Of a DNA stretch of 64,000 nt, positions 28,046 through 40,380 are shown in pieces. The notes beneath the pieces were generated by a model. That model was not told the DNA's origin. It ran no database searches and saw nothing but the letters and a program-made list of their open reading frames with translations. Source of the stretch: Prorocentrum cordatum (taxonomy: Eukaryota); NCBI GenBank assembly GCA_963575745.1, contig CAUYUJ010000054.1, positions 1 to 64,000 of the forward strand, given 5' to 3'. The translations under genes were made by a program, and so were the position numbers. Within the stretch, counting starts at the first letter, position 1, and each line of letters begins with the position of its first letter.

Positions 28046-29334
28046 TCATGATGATGATGATCGTGGTGGTGGTGGTGTTGATGATGATGCGGATGATGCT
28101 GGTACTGATGTTGCTGATGTTGCTGATGCTGCTGATGATGATGCTGACGACGATGTTGATGATGATTGAGATGATGCTGATGAATATGGTGCTGCTGATG
28201 ATGACGATGATGATGATGAGGAGGAAGAAGAAGAGGAGGAGGAGGAAGAGGAATAGGACAAGGAGGAGGAAGAGGATGAGGGGGGTGACGATGCGGGAAC
28301 TCGTTTGGACCGTCTCGGGGCTGTCCTGGCTTTCTGTGAGGCAGTCTTGGGGGTCCCTTGGAGCCCGCAGGGGCCGTCTTGAGGCCCGCTTACGCCGGCT
28401 TGGGGTTCTTTTGGGTCGTTTTGTGACCCTCGTGACAATATGGTGGGTGTTTTGGGGCCGTCGTGGGGCCGTCTTGGGCCGTCGGGAGGCCGTCGTGGGT
28501 CTTGGGGTCCTCTTGGGCCCTCTTAGGGGGCTCTATTGGACCGTTTTGCAGGCTTCCTGGACGATCTTGGGACGAGCTGTGGGGGTCCCCCTGTGCCAGA
28601 GTGGGCGTTTTCAAGACGAGAATGGCGTGCATGTCGAAAATGTACATTTTCCAACGGGATTGGGGCGATGCTTGACTCTTGAGGTTCTTTCCGCGGGTAA
28701 CATTATTGGGCCGTCTTGGGGGCCTCGTAAGCCATCTTGAAACCATCTTGGACCGTCGCGACGTTAGTACCCTGGGCCGCCTCGATGCTCTTTTGTATTG
28801 TCTCGGCGCTCATGGGGCCGTCTTGGGTGTCTTTGGAGGCGCCAAAGAGCCCCCAGGGTGCGTTGACGAGCTCGTGCCCCCCCCCACGCCCCCCCCTCGA
28901 ATGTGATTTTTGGCGCCAGGGGAAGGGGGAAGGGGGAGGGGGACAAGCCAATCATCCCACACGCCTTCCCACACTCGGCACGCGAGGGTCGGCAGATTCT
29001 CCCTCCATCTGTCTCCTTAGACCTCCATTCCTCCCCCCCCTACGTGGCATGCTTGAATAGATGATCAGCTTGCCAGGTAGGCTGGCTCGCACGCGCCGTC
29101 CAAAGTCCCACAGTCGCAGCGAGATGACAGGAGGAGGAGGACGAGGACGAGGAGGAGGGGGAGGGGGAGAGGAAGGGGGAAGAGGTGGACGATGAGGCCG
29201 ACGACGAAAACGGCGTCTTCGATGGTAACGGCAACGGCGACGCAACTGCGAAGGGAAGGAGGAGGGGCGGGAGAGGACGAGGGTGAAGAGAAGCAGCCAC
29301 AGTGCCAGCTAGAGCATTCGTCGCACGGAGAGGG

Positions 29335-29437
29335 TTATGATGATGGTGATGATGGTGATGAGGATGTCAATGTTGATTATTATTATGATGATGATGATGA
29401 TGATGCTGATGCTGATGCTGATGCTGATGATGATGAC

Positions 29438-29485
<48 letters not shown>

Positions 29486-30051
29486 ACGGCTGCTGCTGAT
29501 GATGATGATGGATGGTGGTTGTGGTGGTGATGGTGATTATGATGATGGTGCAGACGGACGTTGTTGTTGATGATGATGATTATGATGATGATGATGCTCA
29601 TGATGTTCATGATGATGACGGTAAAGAGAAGGACGATGAGGATACGGATGAGGATGATGATGATGATGATGATGATGCTGAGGAGGATGAGGATGAAGAT
29701 GGGGACGCCGACGATGATGATGCTGCTGATGATGCTGCTGATGATGATGATGATGATGATGATGATGCTGGTGATGGTGATGGTGATGGTGATGGTGATG
29801 CTGATGCTGATGGTGATGATGATAATGATGATGATGATGACGATGAAGAGGGGGATCAGGACGATGCTGATGCTGATGATGCTGATGATGATGCTGATGA
29901 TGGTGATGATGATGATGATGCTGATGCTGATGCTGATGCTGATTGGTATATCTGGTGGTGATGCTGATGCTGATGCTGATGCTGCTGCTGCTGATGACGA
30001 CGATCACGGTGACGACGATAATGATGACTATGATGAGGCCGAGGATGATGC

Positions 30052-30108
<57 letters not shown>

Positions 30109-30654
30109 CTATGATGAGGCTGAGGATGATGATGCTGATGCTGATGAAAACGATGAAGACGGTGATTATGATGACGATGATGATTAAACTGATAATGATG
30201 AGGAGGAGGACGATGATGATGATGTTGATGATGATGCTGATGGTGATGATGATGGTGATGCTGATGCTGCTGCTGATGATGCTGCTGATGATGATGACGA
30301 TGCTGATGATGATGCTGATGATGTTGATGATGTTGATGATGATGATGATGATGCTGATGCTGATGCTGATGCTGATGATTATGATGCTGATGATTCTGAT
30401 GATCATGACGATGATGACGATGGTTGGTGGTGATGGTAATGATGATGATGCTGAGGAAGAGGAGGAGGAGGAGGAGGAGGAGGAGGAGGAGCAGGAGGCC
30501 CGAGGCGCTGAGTCGTTCGCGTGGTCGACGCCTTCATCGCCTTGCGCGTCGCCAAGTTCCCGTGTATGCCCCGTCAACATCACAGAACGCGCGGCAAAGG
30601 GGCCCGCGGCGTCTTTTCGGGGATGGTGAGGATGAGGATGAGGATGAGGATGAA

Positions 30655-30701
<47 letters not shown>

Positions 30702-30811
30702 GGATGGTGACGATGATGATGATGATGATGACGATGATGTTGATGATGTTGTTGATGATGATGATGGCGATGGTGATGGTGATGGTGATGGTGATGATGA
30801 TGATGATCATG

Positions 30812-30842
<31 letters not shown>

Positions 30843-30935
30843 GGATGGTGACGATGATGATGATGATGATGATGATGACGAAGATGATGATGTTGTTGAT
30901 GATGATGATGGCGATGGTGATGGTGATGGTGATGG

Positions 30936-30975
<40 letters not shown>

Positions 30976-30997
30976 CATGCTGAAGATGCTGATGCTG

Positions 30998-31028
<31 letters not shown>

Positions 31029-31121
31029 GGATGGTGACGATGATGATGATGACGATGATGATGATGTTGTTGTTGATGATGATGATGATGATGATGGCGA
31101 TGGTGATGGTGATGGTGATGG

Positions 31122-31170
<49 letters not shown>

Positions 31171-31190
31171 CATGCTGAAGATGCTGATGC

Positions 31191-31262
<72 letters not shown>

Positions 31263-31380
31263 CGATGATGATGAGAGGAGGAGGAGAGGAGGAGGAGGAG
31301 GAGGAGGAGGAGGAGGAGGAGGAGGAGGAGGAGGTGGTGGTGGGAGGAGGAGGAGGAGGGAGGAGGAGGAGAAGGAAGAG
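29335..31380. repeat. Degenerate (GAT)n and (GAG)n, with a short unique insert near 30500-30625
   Basis: Direct reading. Confidence 0.95.
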
Positions 31381-31525
31381 GCGTAAGAGGCGGGGGTGGA
31401 GGGCGGAGGCGGAGGAGGATGCCGACGGCGACGGCGGCGAGGGTGAGCGGGATGGGGGCGGGCTGGCTGGCTTACGGTGATCGGCGGGTGCTCGGTGCCG
31501 TGGTGCGGGCCTCGAGCGCTCGCAG

Positions 31526-31558
31526 GCTGGTGCTGGACAGCCCGTTCTCCGACCTCAG
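31526..31558 (+). CDS. Alpha/beta hydrolase exon 4 (33-nt micro-exon)
   Basis: GLVLDSPFSDLR. CAG|G acceptor, AG|GC donor. Phases match both neighbouring exons. Confidence 0.88.
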
Positions 31559-32814
31559 GCGCAGCCCGCGCGCGGCGCCCGCCCCTCCCGGCGCAAGGGT
31601 CAGAGGAGGGGCAGCTGAGGGGCCCACCTCAAGGGATTGTTGGATTTCGGGGGGCCCCCTCGAGGTCAGAGGAGGGACAACGGCAGATGGATTTCGGGGG
31701 CCCCCCTCGAGGTCCGTTTCTTGCGTTTTCGTGGGCCCTCGGCGATCTTTCAGCCTCGGGGTTCCCTCCAGCTGCGCCTGCCTCGCCGACGGCGTTCTGG
31801 GGGTGCCCAGATCGTCCCAGGCGCCGTGGGCCCAAGTCATGGCCCGAAAGCCACCCTCCGCCCTGCTTCCTGGAGATCAGGGGAGAGCGAGCCGAAACAG
31901 AGGTAGCGAGGCGCGCGGATTAGCAGCGGTTTCCGCCTCCGTGCAGGATCGGCGCGATCCGTCGCCAGATGAGGCGGCAGAAGCTTCATGTTTCGGGGGG
32001 TACCTTCCCGATCCGTGGATCTGGCGCCCCAGTGACAGATCCAGGGGTCTGTACTCCATGGCACCCTGCGCCCGATGGTCCGCGCCCCTGCCGGGGCGCT
32101 GGGCGGGCGTGAGGGGCAGGAGCTGGACGCGCGTGGCCGAGGGCCTTGCCCGCGCGCGGCCTCCGCACGGGCACGTACACCAGTTCCAGGATGGGCACGA
32201 ATCGCTCCAGATCGTTCTGCAATGTTTTCGAGGAGCGTTCTGCAAGGCTCTTGAACGGCCGCGGCGCCCGAGAAGTCCTCCGGAGCCGCCAGATCTCAGA
32301 GGTTCCCGTCTTTGGTCCCGATCCGATGTTGTCCCCCCCCCCCACGCCCCTCCCCCTCCCCTTTTCCTCCTCCCCTCTGTGCTTTGTCTTCCCTGCCATT
32401 CTGATCACCTCGCACCGTGCCTTTCTCGCGCCTCGGCGCCCCCTCCGCGGCGCCCCCGTAGCGCCGCGCGAGCGGAGCCCGTGCCGGCGCCAGTGCCGGT
32501 TCTGTCCCGTGCTTGGCCTCGTCCCCCGTGCCCGAGGCCCCGCCCCCTCCGCCTGCGCCTCCGTGGCGCCACGCGAGCGGAGCCCGTGCCGGCGCCGGTG
32601 CCGGCTCTGTCCCGTGCTTGGCCTCGTCCCCCTCGTGGCCGCGGGTGCTCCTGGCGCTCGGCCCTCGCGCGGCCATCGGCGCGCCTGCGCGCCCAGGAGC
32701 ATGCGCACGGGGCGCGTGGCTCCCTTCGGCTGCACCCCCAGCTCGGCGCGCGCCGGCCTCGGCGCGAAGCGCCTCCTGCTCTGAGGAGGCCTCCGGTGCC
32801 GCGCGCTGCCTCTC

Positions 32815-32977
32815 TCAGGAGGGGAAAAAACACACAGACACAATCAATCGGCGATTCCCCCAAAAATACGGGAAAATATGGGAAGTGGGGGGGAAAACAG
32901 AAACCCAGAAAATATAGGAAAATGTGGGGAATCTTTTTATTTGTGTGTATATATTTGTGTGTCCCAGGGCACCTTCA
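32815..32977. mobile_element. About 163-bp SINE-like element, copy 2
   Basis: Same sequence family. Flanks GCCTCTC/GACTCTC. Confidence 0.85.
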
Positions 32978-33090
32978 GACTCTCCTCCCGCCCTCTGCCA
33001 TTCCCCTCTCCCCTCGTGCCGCCATCGGCTTCGCAGGCGACCCGGCGCGGCTCGCCCGCGACCCGGAGCCGCGGCGCCGCCCACCACCCC

Positions 33091-33343
33091 CGAAGCCGCT
33101 TCGTGCTCGGAGGGCGCGGATCTGATAACGATCGAACAACACACACACACACACACCCATAGGGGGTCGTTGGGAGGAGGACTGGCTATGGGTATGGGTG
33201 CGGGTTGTCGGACCCTGGGGAACGCTCCCGTTCGAACGGGGACCCCCATCCGACAACACGCACCCATAGCCCTCTCCGACCCCCCTATGGGTATGGGTGT
33301 GTGTTGTTGGTTCGTCACGAAGTGCTTCGTGCTCCGAGGGCGC
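33091..33343. mobile_element. About 200-bp fold-back (palindromic) insertion flanked by about 26-bp direct repeats
   Basis: CGAAGCCGCTTCGTGCTCGGAGGGCGC (33091-33117) and CGAAGTGCTTCGTGCTCCGAGGGCGC (33318-33343). Arms AACAACACACAC..CCCATAGGGGGTCG / CGACCCCCCTATGGG..GTGTGTGTTGTT. Central palindrome CCCGTTCGAACGGG. Confidence 0.75.
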
Positions 33344-33946
33344 TCCAGCTGTCCCGCGGCCCCTCTTCTCGGGAGGCCCTCGCGGCGGGCCCGCAGCCCT
33401 CGCAGAGGGCGGCGGGGCCTCTCGGGAGGCCTCCTCTCGGCGGGCGGCGGGGCTCCTCAGAAGGCGGCGGGGCATCTCGGTGGGCCTGTGGAGGGCGACC
33501 AGTGGAGAGGAAGCATGCTGCCAGATGTATTTTCCAGATGTCTGAGACATGTGTTACACATGTCTTAAACATGCAAAAAAACGTGTTTCAAACATGTTTG
33601 GAACATTTTTTCCGACATTTCAAGTAGATTCGATGATAGGACTGTTGGGGTGTCCATTGCCGTGGCATCCGCACCAGTAGGCGGTGAAAAGGGGAAGGCC
33701 CCCTCGGAGAGCGGCGGGGCTTCCCTACCGCCTGCCTGCTCCCGCGTGCGTACTTTTCGCCTCCGACTCGTCCCGGCGCCAAGCCGACCGCTCGCCGGAG
33801 CCAAAGGCCGCCGCCGCCGGGAGCGCGGCCCCCGTGCGCAGGGGAGGCGGAAGAGGCGGAGGAGGAGGAGGAGGAGGAGGAGGAGGGATGGAGGAGGAGG
33901 AGGAGGAGGAGGAGGAGGAGGAGGAGGAGGAGGAGGAGGAGGAGGA

Positions 33947-33997
33947 GCCGTAGCCATTTTGGCTCAGGCCTTTTGACTCAAGCCATTTTGGCTCGAA
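33947..33997 (+). other. Genomic dinoflagellate spliced leader plus two tandem relict leaders
   Basis: GCCGTAGCCATTTTGGCTCAGG (21/22 match to DCCGTAGCCATTTTGGCTCAAG), then CCTTTTGACTCAAG and CCATTTTGGCTCGAA. Confidence 0.93.
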
Positions 33998-36900
33998 TTT
34001 GCAGGTTTCCGCCGCCGCGCGACATCCATCAAGGGGGCGCCCGACGCTGTTTCCTCCGCTCTGCTGTCCCACCAGTGCCATGTCTTGGTGGGGGAACCGC
34101 TATGACTCATGGCAGTCCAGCGGCCGTGGCGGCCGTGGCAAGCAGCATAAGCCCAGGGAGCAGCAGTACGTGGTGTGTGACACGTGTGGCACATGGAAGT
34201 GGTTGGATCTAGCTCGAAAGGACCGCCTGTGTGCGCGCTGTGGCACCCACCTTCTCGAGCTGACCCAGCCCCGCAGATGAAGCAGATGGTGACCAGCCTG
34301 AGGGAATTGCAGCGGCTGCCGACCCCCAGCTGCAGAAAATCCTGGGGGCGCTCAAAGGCCTCCTCGGCCCAGCGCAGATGAACACCTTCAAGAAGCAGTA
34401 CCAGGCGGCCGATCAGGCCCCGCAGGACGACGCCCTCCCAGCCCTGTCGCTTGACGTCGGCTTGGCCAAGAGGGCGATGCAACGGGCTAGGTCATACCGC
34501 ATCGAGTGCCAGACCAAAGTTGACAACCTCAAGCAGGAATTTGAGCAGGCGACATCTGGCGACTGCAGCGGCGCAGGATCAGACGGCCAAGCAGGTCGCG
34601 GCCAAGAAGACCGAGGAGTGGGCCCAAGTGGTTCATCCGCGCGCCGACCCCATCCTCATCGACGACGAGGGCGACCCCATCTCCGAGGCGGACCAGACCG
34701 CCCTGGACGCCTTCCTGGGGGCCCACCCGCACCTGGCGGCGAAGGTGCGCAAGCCGCCAGGGGCAGCCAAGGCGGGGCCTGCGGCAGGCCCAACCAAGGC
34801 ACCGCCGCCTGCCAAAGCCTTGGCCCAGACGCCCGCAGCCCCAGCCGCCAAGGGTGCCATCGCCAACGGCCCACCGCCCAGGCGCGCCGCCCGCGCGGGC
34901 CAGGAGGAACGCAGCCGCAGCCCGCCAGGCCGAGAGGCCGAGCCGCCCGCGGAGGGTGCTCCAGGCGATGCTCCTCCTGTTCCCGGGGCTTCTCGCGACG
35001 AAGACGAGCTATTACAAGCATGTCGGCCACCCGAGCTACATGCACAGTTCTGGCTTCCCGTCCTTCTCCGAGGCAGAGGGGCAGGACAAGGGGAAAGGAC
35101 ATCTCGCTCTATCCTCCGCTAATATCACCACATGGAATGTGAAGGCCCAGAAGTCTCTCCAGGGCCCGCGTTTTGAAGCCGACGTTTGTGTTTTGACAGA
35201 GACGCACCTTTCTCTGGGCAAGCTCGGCCCAGTTCGCAAACGTTTCAAGAAGCCAGGATGGAAGACATGCGAGGCTCCCGCCATCGACGCCGCCAAGGGC
35301 ACCCAGGCTGGGCCCACCCAGGGGGTCCGATCCCATCGATCATTGCATGCACGGCACATGGGGGCAAGTGACAGGGCCCAGCCGCTAATGCAAGGTACCG
35401 GCTGGACCGGCGCTGTCCTACATCTAGACCAAGTCCACATCCTCTTGGTTGCCGTCTGCTTTGTCTCGGGAGTACGGATGAATCGAGCCAGCAGAGACAT
35501 CATCCAGGACATCGTGACCCTGATCAAAACAGTCAAGATGCCTTATCCTTGCAGGAGACGTGGAACGCCAGCCCGAACGAAATCACCAACCCCATGAAGC
35601 GGCTTTCTTGGGTCCAGGGCGAAGTGATTGTTCTGAACAAGTCGACGTGGCCATGCTCTCAAGGGCACCGCTTGCTAGACTACTTTATAGCGGGCCAGAG
35701 GCTGGCCATGAGTTTGAAGCTTCGCGCCGAGATGGAGAGGCCAAGGATGCCGCGCCTCGGACTAGCGGGCATTCTTTTCAGAGACGCAATCCATGCGGAG
35801 ATCATAGCACGCATTAGGGCTCATCCACTCCCTCAAGGATTCTATGGGCCATGCCAGGGGTTGGACTACTACTGCCAATGGGCGAAGGGGGTGGGGGATG
35901 TCGATCTCAACCCTACCTGCCCAGCCTGCCCGCAGTATCGCGGCATTCGCATCTCTCGCCAAAGCGCCACAATCGGCAGAGCATTGGAGCTGATGGTCAG
36001 TCGCCCGAAGGTTGACTCCATTCCGCCGCCGAGACGCGGCCAGCGTGTGCAATTTCGCCGCGGGCCTCTCCCCCAACCACCGCCGAGGGAAGGCCTGGCC
36101 TCCAGCATCGCCGGCAAGTGGCCGGTGCTCATCGCCAGCGCGTGGCAGAGACTTCCTTGCCAATCAGCAGGGTGGCCGACAGCAGGCCGCAGCGGCGCTA
36201 CAAGTCCTCGTTTGTCGGATGCACCACCCCGTCCAGTGGCCGGAGTTTGCGTCCCAGAACACCAGAGAGGTTTTAACCGAGTATCCCATTGACCCCCCCA
36301 ACGGACTTGGAGGCCTGCGAGGGGGGTTCGCTATCGCCTCAGGGGGCAATTTCACAAACTCATTAGACAAGACTCACCAGTTCTTTATCAAGACAGAGAT
36401 CCAGGCCCAAAAGGGTTTCCAGGGGTGGGTCGAGGAGGGCGTTCGGAAAAAAGGGGGGGACATCACACGCAGCGTCGCCGAGGGCCGAGGCCCCCCCGCC
36501 CAGGAGGAAGAGACGCCCTCGCGATTGACGGGAACGTCGCCGATGGCCCCGTCCTCCGCATGCAAACTAAACTTGTTTATTTGATTCAGTATCGGGCCCC
36601 GCTGGGGTCACCCAAGTGCCCCCAGGAAGCACGGCGGCTTGCCCCGATCATCCTAAAGGCCCAGCAGATTGCCAAACATGACCCCCCATGGGGGCCCGAT
36701 GGCGTGTTTTTATGTTGTTCGCCAGCGCAGCCATAGGTCCGCAGGAGGAGCAGACCCGTGGAATCCGAGAGAGTTCGACAGCCTGCCCGCCGAGGGGCGC
36801 CAGGCCTTCACCGACCTGATCAACCAGGCCCGCCAGGCGTGCAAATTTCCAAAGCAGACTCTTCTCAATATAGTTTCCTCATCCCAGCGAGCGTGGAAGC

Positions 36901-39304
36901 GGATCGACCCAGCGCCTGTAGCTTTTTTTCGGATCCCCTTGAAGAGCGCCCATCCATCGCTGAATGGGACACCAGTGAAGCAGGCTTTTGGGACGAGGCA
37001 GTTCGAGGATCATCCTGTCCCAGGGTCGCGCTGCTCAGCGAGGACACGGCCGAGTTGGCTACAGAACTGCGCATCCCGATCAGCGAGGCCCTACTGGACA
37101 TTGAACGAAGTTCTTTGGTACCAGGTGCGCGCAGTATGTATGTGACGCGGCAGCGAAGTTGGAATGCCCAGTGGTGCCGCTCGCGCTGGGAATGGTCGTT
37201 CACGCATCAGCACGTGCACTGACATCTTCCCTTGGATGCTCAGAGGCCATCTGCCCCGCGGAGAGCATCCCGCGAGGGTGCGCGCAATCAACGTCGTTTG
37301 CCGGGGCCTTTTTCTATGGCCTTCTGGAGGGCATGCACCGCAGATATCCCCCTCCTGTCTCTAAGTTTCGCACGTGGGTTGATGACCTGCGATTGCGAGG
37401 ATGGGGCTCCGCCGCTGTGCTCACCTAGCAGGTTCCAGAGGCTATCCACTTCCTGGCCGCTGGCGTTACTCAGGCGGGGACGCCGACTGCCTCCGAAATC
37501 ATGCATCATCTCTTCCGACGGGAACCTCGGCAAAGGGGATCTTCACTGGGCTCCGTCGTAAAGGCCGCCATTCTCGGACCCAGCAAGTTGGGCGCGATCT
37601 AGGATTGGACGCTACTTTTGGGCGTCGGAGGCGGCTCACCACCAGGAAGGCTCGCATCAAGAAGGGGCTCCAGAGGCCCCCCAACATCTCCAGGCTCACT
37701 AAGGGCATCAGGAAGGCCCGAAAGTTGGTCTCCACAGGCGCCGAGCCGCAGATCTTTCGGGGGCATCGAGGCCAAGGGGTAGCTCCATCTACCCTCCGGC
37801 AGTTCAGAAGAAGTCTTGTTCGTGGTATTTGATATGTTCCCAAGTATGGATTTGCCACCGCAGGTTTCGCCCTCTCGCAGGGTGGTCAGGAGCAAGAGGA
37901 TCCTGCCCACTATCTTCCACTGCAGCTCTTCGAGGCCTGGTCCGACTTGGTCAACCAGGAACTCGACGTGCACGCCCTCGTCAGCAGGCGGTGTGCCGCC
38001 GCGGTGGGGGGGACTGTCTTCGAAGACTCGGTGGGGCAAGGTCACCCCCCTCTTCTCCGCCACTATCGCTACCCCCCTCGATTTGGACATCTACCCAGTG
38101 GGCTCATGGGGGTGGATTCTCCCAGGGGGTCAACGTTTCAAACTTCAGCCAGGGGGCCTCGAGAGCCGCGCCATTCTTATGGAAACGGTTTCCCGACATA
38201 CATCCAAACGGTCTTGGAAAAAAAAGGAACAAGGTTTTATCTGGGATGAGGGTCCAAGGACGGCATCGGCACCTGCAGTCATCGTCTCGTCTGTCAGCAT
38301 CTTCGCAAACTAGAGGCCCAATGTGCAGATGATTATACTCTTGCACGGGCCCCCCTACCCAAGGCCCTACATACTATCAGCAGGGGATCAGTTCGGACAT
38401 GCACCAGGCTCCACGCATGCAGACCGCACGTTCCAGAAGTGCGCCCTCGTTGTGGCGCGGCCGCGGAGGATGAACTTCATCGTTTCTGGACATGCCCGAA
38501 GCTTCTTGAAAGTAACCGGCGAGCTGTGTTGGACTCCGCCCACCTTGTCAGCAGGGCTGTGCAGCATTTCCAGGCATGCCCCATCAAGTGGGGGAGAGTC
38601 CTGCTGCCTGCCGAGTTCACCGAATGACTCGCGGAGCAATTCCCCCCCATCCCCATCCACGGAGCCTTGGGGGCCTTCCTCCTCCAGGACGTGCAATTTC
38701 ATCGCAAGTTTTTGGTTGGCTCGGGTGCTAGTGGAGGTCCACATAAGCAGGGCCCCAGGAAGCGCCGCGTCGGTTGGGGAGTGAGAGTTCCAGGGCCAGA
38801 CTGCGAGAATATCCGTGCCCTTAAAGGTAGCCTGCCAGGGGTGCAGACCATCAACAGAGGAGAACTGTACGCGGCCATCCAGGCCATCGCTCATTTCCAG
38901 GGCGACATTTCCTTGGCCCTCGACTCCAACTACGTGCATCGTGGAGTGAAGCGGGGGCCAGACTGGCGACGCATGTCCACTGTAGACCTTTGGGCCGACT
39001 TTGGGAGTGCCTTTTCGGCCCGCGATGGGTCCATCGAGTTTCGCGAGACAAAATCGCACCCGTCCTACGATGGCTGGGGCGCTGATCACATTCAGCCCTG
39101 GGGGCGTTTCTGGCCAACCTATTTGCCGGTGGAGTGGCCGAAGAAACCATTGAGAATTGCTAGTTGCCCGACCACGTCCTTGAGCAGATCGATGCCGAGG
39201 ACGACGAGAAGAGATTCATCTCTGTTCGCGTGACCACCACCCAGTCAGATTGCGAAGGCCTGACGGCCGGTGCCGCCGACCCCGTTCGCAATGCGCAGCA
39301 AGAG

Positions 39305-40380
39305 ATTACGAGGTTGCTCAAGGTCGGCTTGGCTGGAGCCCAGGGGAAGAGGAGTCCCAGGGGGGGGCGTCGTATCTGACCCGGGGGGGGGGTCGCTACC
39401 CCCCCCCCCTCCCGGCGGGGGAGGGATCAAAGGGAAGGGGCTTCCCTTCGACTCAATTACGAGGTTGCTCAAGGTCGGCTTGGCTGGAGCCCAGGGGAAG
39501 AGGAGTCCCAGGGGGGGGCGTCGTATCTGACCCGGGGGGGGTCGACCCCCCCCCCCTCCCGGCGGGGAGGGATCAAAGGGAAGGGGCTTCCCTTCGACTC
39601 AATTACGAGGTTGCTCAAGGTCGGCTTGGCTTGGGGGGGGGGGTCCCCCCCCCCCTCCCGGCGGGGGAGGGATCAAAGGGAAGGGCTTCCCTTCGACTCA
39701 ATTACGAGGTTGCTCAAGGTCGGCTTGGCTGGAGCCCAGGGGAAGAGGAGTCCCAGGGGGGGCGTCGTATCTGACCCGGGGGGGGGGTCGACACCCCCCC
39801 CCCCCCTCCCGGCGGGGGAGGGATCAAAGGGAAGGGGCTTCCCTTCGACTCAATTACGAGGTTGCTCAAGGTCGGCTTGGCTGGAGCCCAGGGGAAGAGG
39901 AGTCCCAGGGGGGGGCGTCGTATCTGACCCGGGGGGGGGGTCGACACCCCCCCCCCCTCCCGGCGGGGGAGGGATCAAAGGGAAGGGGCTTCCCTTCGAC
40001 TCAATTACGAGGTTGCTCAAGGTCGGCTTGGCTGGAGCCCAGGGGAAGAGGAGTCGTCGTATCTGACCCGGGGGGGGGGTCGTCCCGGGGGGTCGCGGTT
40101 GGGGGGGTCGACCCCCCCCCCCCCCTCCCGGCGGGGGAGGGATCAAAGGGAAGGGGCTTCCCTTCGACTCAATTACGAGGTTGCTCAAGGTCGGCTTGGC
40201 TGGAGCCCAGGGGAAGAGGAGTCCCAGGGGGGGGCGTCGTATCTGACCCGGGGGGGGGGTCGACACCCCCCCCCCCCTCCCGGCGGGGGAGGGATCAAAG
40301 GGAAGGGGCTTCCCTTCGACTCAATTACGAGGTTGCTCAAGGTCGGCTTGGCTGGAGCCCAGGGGAAGAGGTCTCCCAGG
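39305..40380 (+). repeat. About 150-bp tandem array (about 8 units) within the LINE 3' region
   Basis: ATTACGAGGTTGCTCAAGGTCGGCTTGGCT recurs near 39305, 39455, 39601, 39700, 39852, 40003, 40171 and 40323, nearly identical apart from G/C homopolymer lengths. Confidence 0.92.

Noticed and set aside
22181..31480. Long poly-Asp/Met/His/Ile ORFs (also 9817-11136 and 55600-57389)
   Set aside because: These are translations of (GAT)n/(GAG)n microsatellites with no protein signal.
33947..33997. SL RNA gene
   Set aside because: The leader is followed by relict leaders and a LINE, not by a GT donor and SL intron, so it is a retroposed mRNA cap.
39305..40380. CRISPR-like array with hairpins
   Set aside because: Whole units repeat and there are no distinct spacers.
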